A DNA stretch of 64,000 nucleotides, taken from assembly GCA_017645945.1 (NCBI GenBank), contig JAGCNL010000087.1, positions 11,847-75,846 on the forward strand, written 5' to 3'. The notes beneath the pieces were generated by a model, which was given only the letters and a program-made list of their open reading frames with translations, searched no databases and was not told the DNA's origin. The DNA comes from Salinivirgaceae bacterium (GTDB lineage Bacteria; Bacteroidota; Bacteroidia; Bacteroidales; SZUA-534). The position numbers and the translations under genes were made by a program. Shown piece by piece: positions 19,701 to 26,463 of the stretch; positions within the stretch are counted from its first letter, which is position 1, and each line of letters begins with the position of its first letter.

Positions 19701-20734
19701 TTAGCCTTGGCGACGATTTCGCAACAACCAATACCGATACAATTCTTTCAGTAGGCGATGGTTTTGCTAATTATCTCTGGAGTACGGGTGAAACTGCAGC
19801 AGGAATAAGCATTGGCAAGGATGGTAACTATTGGGTTAAGGTACACGATGAGTTCGGTTGTGCAAATTCCGACACTGTTCATGCTCACTTCATCCCAGCC
19901 ACAATTGCTATTTCCAAAATGACCAGTCCTGTATCGGCTTGCGGCAGCATAACTGACCAACCGATTGTATTTGAATTGATTAACAATAGCAAAACAGTCG
20001 TCAAGAAAGGACAGAAGATAGGTGTTACATGCATTATCGATAATGTACAGGAGTTGCGTTATACAACAACTTTGGTTGAGAGCTTCGATCCGAGCGCTGT
20101 TTACACCGATACTATCGGTAGCGGGTTGAATATTAGCGAGGTTGGTGTTCACTCACTGAAATTTATAACAGATGTTGACGGTGTGGCTAATGACACTGCT
20201 GAATACGAAGTTGAGGTTTACGGTCTACCAGAATTGAGTTTTGCAGCCGACACCTTAAAAACAGAAGCATATCCATATATATTGAAAGCCAATACAACAG
20301 CATCAGGATTGACCTATATGTGGAGCACCAACGAGACAACCGACAGCATCAGCATCGGCAGTGATAGTAAATATTTCCTGAAAGTGACTGACGGACATGG
20401 TTGCTCGGCAATGGATTCTGTTGTTGTGCGCAAGATAGAAAAGGTGGTGCCGATAGACACACCGGAAGTCAATCCTGGCATCAACAAAAATCTAATTGCC
20501 AATGTTGCTATATACCCGAATCCGACAGACAATATTTTGAATGTTGATTTCGGAGGCTTCGGCAATGGCGAGCGCAGGATTTTGATAGCAAACGCAACTG
20601 GTCAGATAATTTTCGCATCAAAACAAACGTCTGACATCATGCAAATCAATGTTATTGATTGGATTGATGGAATGTACTTTGTTAAAATTGAAGGCGATGG
20701 TGGTAGCCGAATACTGAAATTTGTTAAACAGTAG
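13709..20734 (+). CDS. giant secreted modular surface protein with T9SS type-A C-terminal sorting domain
   Basis: 2341 aa with signal peptide MKKLFTAAFLVCTLGVFGQ. There are three N-terminal choice-of-anchor-J/MAM-like modules (FYEGFES..LPNGWT, FIDNFED, YAQTFDS). After these, CARDB-like modules alternate with ~70-aa Cys-containing modules. The last ~75 aa (20504-20731: VAIYPNPTDNILNV...GMYFVKIEGDGGSRILKFVKQ) match the type-A Por sorting domain. Confidence 0.85.
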   Translation: MKKLFTAAFLVCTLGVFGQSKASDDNIIFYEGFESNSSSLPNGWTGEYKQEDSPKPNSLRWKLNSGGAIPTGSDVAKPETAHGGNKNAYLYYLSVLYKHKMYLVSPPIDFKNYNVAGAKKPMLVFWYSQFQDRASFGDDSGVDNFEFSLHYRVDGGAWKSFGTPYTQPTDDSEPWKCDSVMLPSEVCSSNNVQIAFLGVTKTVGHGCCIDDVSIIETDVIPRKVESITATHPSTNVMPTNSTDNSILRLRIKVSGNDGTIKLNSLAVTAMNNQTIAAVEENGMKLFYTATEFFNSDTPLDTTSIVNGKATFSGLDMSLPTGSSYLWITCDIKEDHEHRFRNNIVDFKVDPNDINVSGLTYPTTALSPNGNRIIAESIFIDNFEDQANSEAIWTFDGEFERAAAKQPNGPFGGTGGGNPNPSNAHGGAYMIGTDITGLGSLKGNYEKNIGSDAYFAESKSFNCYYYKDISLMFYRWLNVSNSDTAAVKISFDGGTTWSNIWASSSVIQEKDWSFQYLNLNKVADRNPNVKLRFTLGPTRSGLAYSGWNIDDVALVGTYIYKDAALTEILTPNTACGLGTNEAITIRLKNVGFNDINAQTNSEDSVLVSYSIDGGAWVTDTVKENIKRDAELLYTFKTKADLSKFGSHDIVVKVSLGTDVNGNVIDEDERNDFAQKTIMTLPYRDVPYAQTFDSIGDYWFGRGDTWQYARLSEKDVENLLRYRSSGTWQYGKPSYAGSPCWYTKVADTTYAAHDSSWLETPCFNMKAMQKPIIEFRLRGSSASTDGLAVYYSVDNGGEWKILPAYSSALPHPSWNWYNNASVAALKTAGWSGKFGWQIVKQLLPDEVAGQDSVKFRFVFASGKNSGFKGEGFAIDDFRMYESPVDAGIAGIIEPVDACELLEEQPITVAIQNFGLRGIIPTDSIIASVVINDKLTLTDTLFVTDTLAVGGIINHTFNQKVNMWYKKAYKMTAYTQVVGDTMRLFQNGSPLVSGVNNDTAQAVANVLGEPQYDLGADIGTLDPSATQLDGRTLSDGITPFDEYRWKYKYELPNGEIAVVPEDCYFDESKRKLKKLIDFPAVDGEYEYYIYDSVRVGQCWSTDSVKIIKSKTDVGIIADNENLNLPSEFCINTDFNNITVKVKNMSGVDEGEVPAGQTISICYRMFDADSNLYTYSEDTILEGGFAKQATFLYKFKQQPKFEVDGEQKIWFFTQIRADIDHSNDTLAPVTVTVWPLPTVDLGVDSILIADPRAMVLSTEAIAGATYSWLNYQDTVQKSDKNSFAITDSLSAKYKVAVTDVHKCATVVDSVLVVTDDWTFAGMLSPTNQCEPQSGMDITVSLVNNSLNEYGAGYRIPAVVNVNGATQRDTIVLTDSVFAHDTISYKLMKSKADFPAIGQFPVSVKIMPPHDIDRDDTSNVAFEYVNIWGIPRLELGIDTIFTLQPDTVVLDAGQEFSWFKWNKRNEYMSQTYNVLTTDNTCYVFAMNDHGCYAEDQKIYIYDDYLGDTIVATDTVIIITTDVEFDEIISPVSSCDITEANVLTIDIRNNGLSAIKNGTELPVKVQINDEAAKTVTFKLKEQLKVGATTQLSMPFVTNFESDKNYVVKTWLDWNLDRFHDNDTSTITVSQFPHPNAFSLGDDVYTTQPDTIVLHAPEKQYYYAWSNGLRGDTVDAIALPNAASTSYSVRVFNEYNCITADTMSVYTYDLEFSAFTDKKKENSNSCEPIEDAVVHGKISVKSLDEIPVGTNMTANFDFNGKSDKFEITLPTPINKDKPYTFDFKEKISVPDTGNYVMTSGLTVNNMREADTANFKSTEFRVGTYQLPFEDTVSTRENVYTIDAGNLFSIFDWYTEQHHDGQTLTVVKSGDYRLKATDINGCETEDSTYVLFIKPRYEIAKIEFDTLLCENAEPSKISFYLKNTGNDIIASGSQTEISYMTNDSVLNKETFTFNKTIREKDSILISFNKLANFAKVDVDSVRIKAVIAGFETMKTVAVTTKPNPMVSLGDDFATTNTDTILSVGDGFANYLWSTGETAAGISIGKDGNYWVKVHDEFGCANSDTVHAHFIPATIAISKMTSPVSACGSITDQPIVFELINNSKTVVKKGQKIGVTCIIDNVQELRYTTTLVESFDPSAVYTDTIGSGLNISEVGVHSLKFITDVDGVANDTAEYEVEVYGLPELSFAADTLKTEAYPYILKANTTASGLTYMWSTNETTDSISIGSDSKYFLKVTDGHGCSAMDSVVVRKIEKVVPIDTPEVNPGINKNLIANVAIYPNPTDNILNVDFGGFGNGERRILIANATGQIIFASKQTSDIMQINVIDWIDGMYFVKIEGDGGSRILKFVKQ

Positions 20735-20758
20735 GCGTTATTAAGAGTTTATTAAAAG

Positions 20759-20790
20759 TTAGCCACTCGATAAGGGTGGCTAATTTTTTT
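20759..20790 (+). terminator. rho-independent terminator of the 2341-aa gene
   Basis: TTAGCCAC (20759-20766) pairs with GTGGCTAA (20776-20783), followed by TTTTTTT. Confidence 0.7.
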
Positions 20791-20985
20791 GTTATTAACC
20801 AGTCGCTACCCAGCAAGCAGGAGAAAAGTTTAGATGTGAATAGACTATGTTATCAGAAAGACAGAATCTGCATTGACGATTGTTATAAGGGTGGGAGTAG
20901 CTATTTAAACGTGCGCATGTAGAAAAACAATCTGAAGATTCCGAGTATCACCAGAGCTCGGTCATCTGATAAGTATTAATAGCGC

Positions 20986-21015
20986 AAAAAAAATGTGCAC
21001 CATCAAGATGCACAT
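20986..21015 (-). terminator. rho-independent terminator for the minus-strand operon ending at 21044
   Basis: ATGTGCA (20993-20999) pairs with TGCACAT (21009-21015). The plus-strand A8 run (20986-20993) becomes the T-run after the hairpin on the minus strand. Confidence 0.55.
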
Positions 21016-21043
21016 TCTACCATTAAAACATTGTTATGAAAAA

Positions 21044-22036
21044 TTATTCCTTTGTTTCTTTTGATTCCTGAATCAGAGATTTTATCCATTTTCTTCTGTC
21101 GAAAATAAAAATGACGATTGTTGCGAAAAACATGATATATAGAAAGCTGTGTTTGGCATTCCGCGCAACCGTATTGATTGGTGAAACAGGGATTGAAATG
21201 TCTTTGATGATTTTGAAAGGCTCGTCGTATAACTTGTGCTCAATAGACAGTTTGCTGTTAGTTAAGTTGATCAAATCACTATGATACAATCGTTTGTCTT
21301 TTTCGCTAATCATTAGGAACGAACCGTCTCTTTCAGCCCCGAATTTTTTGTCTTCCTTGGTGAAATATTCCTTTTTCTGAAGGCTGTCCAGAATCTCAAT
21401 TTCTTTGTCAAGTCGGCTAATTCTGTTTTTTGATTCGCGCTGCCACAGAATGTTCTGTTCCTGAATCCAATTGTCGTTATAAAGATATGCCATGATTGCA
21501 TTTCTGATAGAGTCCAGAATGGTAGAGTCTTTAGCTATGTAAATTTCAATATTTATGTCGAACGTGTGTGCCATTCTCATGCGGGTATATCTTGATGTGG
21601 TATCTTTCCTTGCCTGGGTGCTGTATTCCTCAGCAGCATCGGCATTGCCATCACCATTGTAATCAAGCAGATATGAGGCATCCACGTGGCGTATTTGTTT
21701 GCTTATATCGTCTGACAGCCCGATTTTGTAGTTCCAGCTGTTTACTCTGTTTATGGCGTACGATGCATTCACACACATACATTCAAGTCGCATGCTGCAA
21801 TCGTAGTATGGCGGTTGGGTATTTTTATAGAATGTCATGCCTACAACCAAAATGCAGGCGCACGCATACAATAGCCAGTTTCTTATCACGAACTTTATCA
21901 CCCATAATACAGCGTTTTTGCATAGTATTGCTAATTTAACAAATGCATTTCCTAACCAGTTGAAAAATCTCCCCATCAGGTCGATTAAGTCAATTTCACG
22001 TTCCTGATTGTTTTCGTTGTTAATGTCTTCTGCCAT
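21044..22036 (-). CDS. hypothetical membrane protein (N-terminal TM pair and C-terminal TM flanking a soluble domain)
   Basis: 330 aa. Hydrophobic segments are AILCKNAVLWVIKFVI / LLYACACILVVGMTF and, at the C-terminus, FLYIMFFATIVIFIF. The start is 1 nt after the upstream gene's stop. I recognise no family. Confidence 0.6.
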   Translation of the reverse strand: MAEDINNENNQEREIDLIDLMGRFFNWLGNAFVKLAILCKNAVLWVIKFVIRNWLLYACACILVVGMTFYKNTQPPYYDCSMRLECMCVNASYAINRVNSWNYKIGLSDDISKQIRHVDASYLLDYNGDGNADAAEEYSTQARKDTTSRYTRMRMAHTFDINIEIYIAKDSTILDSIRNAIMAYLYNDNWIQEQNILWQRESKNRISRLDKEIEILDSLQKKEYFTKEDKKFGAERDGSFLMISEKDKRLYHSDLINLTNSKLSIEHKLYDEPFKIIKDISIPVSPINTVARNAKHSFLYIMFFATIVIFIFDRRKWIKSLIQESKETKE

Positions 22037-22037
22037 G

Positions 22038-22886
22038 TTATTTTGTTGTTAGTGAATTTATTATGTTTATACAATCTTGTGCTCGTTTGTCTTTCAGTCT
22101 GTTCAGACAATCGGCGAGCAAATGTATTAAATAAATGATAGCATTCAAGTTGGTGCAAGGTTTAAAATACGAATCATCCTGGTCGATATTGTTTGAATGC
22201 AGATAATCAGCTATCTCGCTGCTACCGAATGCTGTACCGCGGCTGCGCATGTCGATATAGAATAGCACATCATTTTCAAACCCGCCTTCAAGTTCGTCGG
22301 AATAGCACAAGGTGAGCGAGTTTGGCAGTTTAACGCAGTGGATCGGCAGGTCGAGCCGTTGGGCTATGATGGCATACATCACGGCAACCACATTCGACTG
22401 TGCCCGTCCAGTGTTTAGAAGGGTGCTAATAAAGTGAGACTGTGTTGTGAAATCGTCGGTGATGGTGAAACGGTTTACGTTGAAGACAAAGTGATTGATG
22501 ATTCTCACTTTCTCCAAAGCCGTCAGTTCATTGTTGAGCTCAGTCCAAATGGGTTTGCAAAGACAGTCAATTTTCGATTTCAGGGTGTCATACGAAACGT
22601 TTGGAAACAGCAGTCGGTTGTAAATGGAGGCGCCAGTGAGTAGATCGCTTGCACCAGTGTTTTTCCAAACTAACAGGTCGTTTGTGATGCTGTCGATGCG
22701 GATGTCGTGGATTAGGTGTTCAAGAGTCCGCACGATGGCTGTGTTGTCCGATGTCTGCCAAACCCGTTCGAGGTCAGGGATAATGGATGTTCCCTCCTGG
22801 CGCAGGCGTTTGCCCACGGCGGCAGCCACCGACTCGTCGTCATCGTCGAGAAGCATCATGAGCGATTTGAATTCAGATGCTTCCAT
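22038..22886 (-). CDS. SirB1-N/transglutaminase-like family protein
   Basis: The segment EKVRIINHFVFNVNRFTITDDF...ISTLLNTGRAQSNVVAVMYAIIAQRLDLPIHCVKLP resembles the SirB1 N-terminal/transglutaminase-like pattern. I chose start ATG 22886 (MEASEF) because it abuts the upstream stop. The ORF track's ATG 22919 would overlap the upstream gene by 32 nt. Confidence 0.5.
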   Translation of the reverse strand: MEASEFKSLMMLLDDDDESVAAAVGKRLRQEGTSIIPDLERVWQTSDNTAIVRTLEHLIHDIRIDSITNDLLVWKNTGASDLLTGASIYNRLLFPNVSYDTLKSKIDCLCKPIWTELNNELTALEKVRIINHFVFNVNRFTITDDFTTQSHFISTLLNTGRAQSNVVAVMYAIIAQRLDLPIHCVKLPNSLTLCYSDELEGGFENDVLFYIDMRSRGTAFGSSEIADYLHSNNIDQDDSYFKPCTNLNAIIYLIHLLADCLNRLKDKRAQDCINIINSLTTK

Positions 22887-22887
22887 A

Positions 22888-23763
22888 CTATTCGGTAAGT
22901 CGTTGAAGAACAGTTTCAATCAGTTTGCTCATCGAACCATTGTAGCTGCTCGACGCGTTTTTGTTCAGTCGGTTGGCGATGATGCTGCAAACGGTGATGG
23001 CATTGTGACCGAGCAAAGCTCCCAATCCATAGATGGCCGAGCATTCCATCTCGTAGTTGGTTATTTTGTGGCCGTTGTACTCAAAAGCAGTAATCTTGTT
23101 GTTGATTTCGGCATCTTGAAGTGGTAGGCGCAGAACACGTCCTTGCGGGCCATAGAATCCTGGAGCAGAGATGGTTATGCCTTTTCGCATGTCGAATCCA
23201 ATCTTTTTCAGTAGTGCGTCCGATGATTTGACAAAGTAGGGAGATGTCAGTATTGGGTTCCAGTTCATGTGCTTTTTGAATGCGGCCTCAATCGCCAGGT
23301 CGCTCACCAAGTTGCGGTCGCGGTAGTAGTTCAGCATGCCGTCGAAACCAGCGGCCATTTCAGAAATCACAGGCTCCCCAACCTCAATGTCAGCTTGCAG
23401 CGCACCTGAAGTTCCGATGCGGATCAGGTTCAAAACGCGTTTCTGCGGTTTGATTGTGCGGCTTTTGAGGTCAATATTGACGGCAGCATCAAGTTCGTTT
23501 ACGGCAATATCGATGTTGTCAGTGCCGATGCCGGTTGACGTCACAGTGACGCGCTTGCCGTTGAAAAGGCCGGTTCGCGTTCTGAACTCGCGGTTTTCTG
23601 CTTCGACTTCAATTTTCGAGAAGAACGACGAAACAAGATCCACACGCTCTGGGGCGCCGACAAGAATCACATTGTCGGCCACGTCTTCGGGGTGAATATG
23701 AAGATGGAATACGCTACCGTCTTCATTCAGAATAAGTTCGGAATCTGGAATAAACTCTGCCAT
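22888..23763 (-). CDS. nucleoside phosphorylase (PNP/UDP family, uridine-phosphorylase-like)
   Basis: 291 aa. GAPERV, TSTGIGTDNIDI, RIGTSGAL and the EMECSAIYG motif are typical of PNP_UDP_1 enzymes. Confidence 0.8.
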   Translation of the reverse strand: MAEFIPDSELILNEDGSVFHLHIHPEDVADNVILVGAPERVDLVSSFFSKIEVEAENREFRTRTGLFNGKRVTVTSTGIGTDNIDIAVNELDAAVNIDLKSRTIKPQKRVLNLIRIGTSGALQADIEVGEPVISEMAAGFDGMLNYYRDRNLVSDLAIEAAFKKHMNWNPILTSPYFVKSSDALLKKIGFDMRKGITISAPGFYGPQGRVLRLPLQDAEINNKITAFEYNGHKITNYEMECSAIYGLGALLGHNAITVCSIIANRLNKNASSSYNGSMSKLIETVLQRLTE

Positions 23764-23833
23764 ATCTTTAAATTTATGTTGTAAAATCTATTCTAAGTAA
23801 TAAATTTGTGTACAAATCAAAAATACAAAAAAA

Positions 23834-24709
23834 ATGGAAGCATCAATAAGTCATTTGCTTGTACCTGTCGACTATTCTGACAAGTCGGTTTTCGGGTTGA
23901 AATACGCTGTCAAACTGAACAAAGTGTTGAACGGCAAGATCACATTCTTGAATGTTATAAAAGGTGTCGATCCAATTTGGTCGGAGTTTTTCACTGACGC
24001 TGAGCGCGACATTCTGTTGAAAAGACTTCGCGACCATATGCGTGACTTCGTGCTGAAAAATGCAGACATTGATGAGTCAAAATTTGACTGCCTCATAGCA
24101 AAAGGCAAACTTTGTGACACCATTATGCAGACTGCCGAGCAGTTGAAAGCCAGCGCCATAATAATGGGAACAAGCCATGCCGACAATATCAAGAAGAAGA
24201 TTATTGGTACAAATGCGTTGAGGGTTGTTTCTGAGGCCAAATGTCCGGTCATCACCATTAAGAGTGAACCGTCGTTGGCAGAAGTGAAACGACTCATTCT
24301 TCCGCTCGATATTAGCAAAGAAACTCGTGAGAAAGTCGTTGATACAGTTGATATTGCTTCGAAATTTGGTGCTGAGGTTCTTGTAGTTTCAGCCTATACA
24401 TTTGATGATGAACTGATATACACCAAGTTGCGTCAACAACAAGATCAGGTTGTTAAATACATTACCGACCGTGGCATAAAATGTTCAGGACATTTGTTCC
24501 GTACTGATGATCAAATTGATGGAGTTCTCGATTTCATCGATAAGAAAAAAGGTGACATGGTGATAATTACTACACACCAGCAACCTGAGCTTGTCACATC
24601 GTTCTTGGGTTCGTTTGCCAAGAGCATTATCAGCAAGGCAAATATTCCGGTAATGAGTATTGTGCCGCGAAACAAGTATAACGTAATATTCAAGATACCA
24701 GCTTGTTAA
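23834..24709 (+). CDS. tandem-domain universal stress protein (UspA family)
   Basis: 291 aa with two Usp-like halves. Each begins with a beta-strand+D (LLVPVDYS, LILPLDIS) and ends with a G-x2-G-x9-G-S-like segment (MGTSHADNIKKKIIGTNALRV; TSFLGSFAKSII). Confidence 0.85.
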   Translation: MEASISHLLVPVDYSDKSVFGLKYAVKLNKVLNGKITFLNVIKGVDPIWSEFFTDAERDILLKRLRDHMRDFVLKNADIDESKFDCLIAKGKLCDTIMQTAEQLKASAIIMGTSHADNIKKKIIGTNALRVVSEAKCPVITIKSEPSLAEVKRLILPLDISKETREKVVDTVDIASKFGAEVLVVSAYTFDDELIYTKLRQQQDQVVKYITDRGIKCSGHLFRTDDQIDGVLDFIDKKKGDMVIITTHQQPELVTSFLGSFAKSIISKANIPVMSIVPRNKYNVIFKIPAC

Positions 24710-24725
24710 CATAACAAGAAGATGG

Positions 24726-24757
24726 TTGGGGAGAAGGTAAAGTTCTCCCCAATTTTT
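24726..24757 (+). terminator. rho-independent terminator after the usp gene
   Basis: TTGGGGAGAA (24726-24735) pairs with TTCTCCCCAA (24743-24752), followed by TTTTT. Confidence 0.65.
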
Positions 24758-24795
24758 CTTGTAGCAGAAACAGTTAAAACTGCCGCGGCACACTA

Positions 24796-25596
24796 ATGAA
24801 AAATAACAATCTCGCAATCAGTCTGAAACTGAAGGTGGCCATTGCCATTCTTGCTTTGGTCATGCCCGTAACGGGAGCATTGTCGGGTTGGTACTATGGT
24901 GTGTTCATAGCGGAATCCAATTATCCGTATCTGATTGCTTTATTGTGCCTTGTCTTGGGTATTGCGCTCGATGTTGTCTGTTATTATGACCGTCTGTTTA
25001 CCTTTGTTTTCTACAAAATGCCAATCCCAGGTATTTTGTTTGTCATTTCTTACGAGGCGGCATCGTTTTTCTATGGACGCTGGATTTCGCTTGCAATCGC
25101 GCTGGGCGGATTGGCCATAGGTGTGTTTTTCGACTACGTTCTGCTGGCGCCAAAACCATTCTATCTGGCCAGGAAAAGACTGTTGGTAATTGTCTATATC
25201 TTTTTGTCAATCATAATGCTGGGCATTATGTCGGGCGTTCCAGTGTCGAATTTCTTCCTTGGTATTCTGGCGGGAAACTATTTTTCGCTGCGATATTCAG
25301 GTTCTGTTTTGGGGCGAGAGCGTCTGCGTAAAAACCTATATGCCATGACCATCTTTGCCACAGTGGTTCTGCTCGTGTCGGAACTGTTGTTTGCGTGGCT
25401 CGTTTGGCAGGATTCGGTGAATATCATCGATTACCTCAATTCGTTGCTCGGCATTGCCTTTACCCGCGAATCGCTTTTGTGGTTGATGGTGATTTTGGGT
25501 GTGGTGTCGGTTGTGGCTCAGTTCGTACTGACATTCATCACTGGCATGATTCTCTACCGCTATCGGTCGCACAAAAAGCTCTACAGCACAACATGA
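24796..25596 (+). CDS. hypothetical polytopic membrane protein
   Basis: 266 aa, hydrophobic almost throughout, with about 7-8 predicted TM segments. I recognise no family. Confidence 0.6.
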   Translation: MKNNNLAISLKLKVAIAILALVMPVTGALSGWYYGVFIAESNYPYLIALLCLVLGIALDVVCYYDRLFTFVFYKMPIPGILFVISYEAASFFYGRWISLAIALGGLAIGVFFDYVLLAPKPFYLARKRLLVIVYIFLSIIMLGIMSGVPVSNFFLGILAGNYFSLRYSGSVLGRERLRKNLYAMTIFATVVLLVSELLFAWLVWQDSVNIIDYLNSLLGIAFTRESLLWLMVILGVVSVVAQFVLTFITGMILYRYRSHKKLYSTT

Positions 25597-25725
25597 TGCG
25601 CTTTGGGGGTTGTGTTATAATTCGAAAAACAAAAAATCTTTTCCACTCTTTGGTTAGATTTCGATTCCAAAAAACGGTGAATTCTTAGAACTCGCCATAT
25701 ATTTGTATCTCCAAAAACAGTGATA

Positions 25726-26448
25726 ATGCAGGGAGCGAAAAAAAAATCGGGTAAGCGCAGAATTGTATGGAGCCGGCTTTTGCCGATTCTATTGACACCT
25801 ATCGTGATATTGGTGGTTGTCAATAAATTACCTGATGCTTTTCATCACCGCAAATCGATTGACGATGTGCCTGTTTCAGAACTGACGTCGAAGGAGGTCC
25901 GAGCGCTCCGCCGCTATAACAACGAGTATCATCTTGAGGTGTCCAGGGCTAAAGGAATCGACCGCCCATTCAAAAACCATCAGGAATTGCTTGACGATAA
26001 ATACACCTATATTATTAAGTACGGTCTTCGAGAATTGCACGACAGCAAATATTATGAGATTCCAACTCTCACATATTCAATGCCATATCTGAAAAAAGAG
26101 GCGTCCGATTTTTTGGAGGAGTTAGGGCGGCGCTTCTTTAAAACGTTGAAAGAGATGGACGTACAGGAATATAGGTTCCAATTGTCGTCAATCTTGCGCA
26201 CCGAGGCTGACCAGCACGGGTTGCGCAAAAACAATATCAATGCTACGCAAAACAAAACATCGCACTACTTCGGCTTGTCGTTCGACATTGCCCAAACTTG
26301 TTTTTATCCCAAGGGGCAGTCGGAGCCGATTTATTCCTACCGTCTGCGCAACTTGCTTCTGCGCACTCTAATTGAGATGCAGGACGAGGGGCGGTGCTAT
26401 GTCATTCTTGAGACGCAGACCAAATGCATTCATGTAACCGTTCGATAA
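25726..26448 (+). CDS. membrane-anchored hypothetical protein, possible LAS/M15 (VanY-like) metallopeptidase fold
   Basis: ATG 25726 (MQGAKKK) is preferred over GTG 25720. TATATTTG -7 box at 25698-25705. N-terminal anchor LLPILLTPIVILVVV. SHYFGLSFD fits the H-x6-D zinc-ligand spacing of LAS enzymes, and a C-terminal His (CIHVTV) could be the third ligand. Confidence 0.5.
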   Translation: MQGAKKKSGKRRIVWSRLLPILLTPIVILVVVNKLPDAFHHRKSIDDVPVSELTSKEVRALRRYNNEYHLEVSRAKGIDRPFKNHQELLDDKYTYIIKYGLRELHDSKYYEIPTLTYSMPYLKKEASDFLEELGRRFFKTLKEMDVQEYRFQLSSILRTEADQHGLRKNNINATQNKTSHYFGLSFDIAQTCFYPKGQSEPIYSYRLRNLLLRTLIEMQDEGRCYVILETQTKCIHVTVR

Positions 26449-26463
26449 TATCTGATTATCAAT

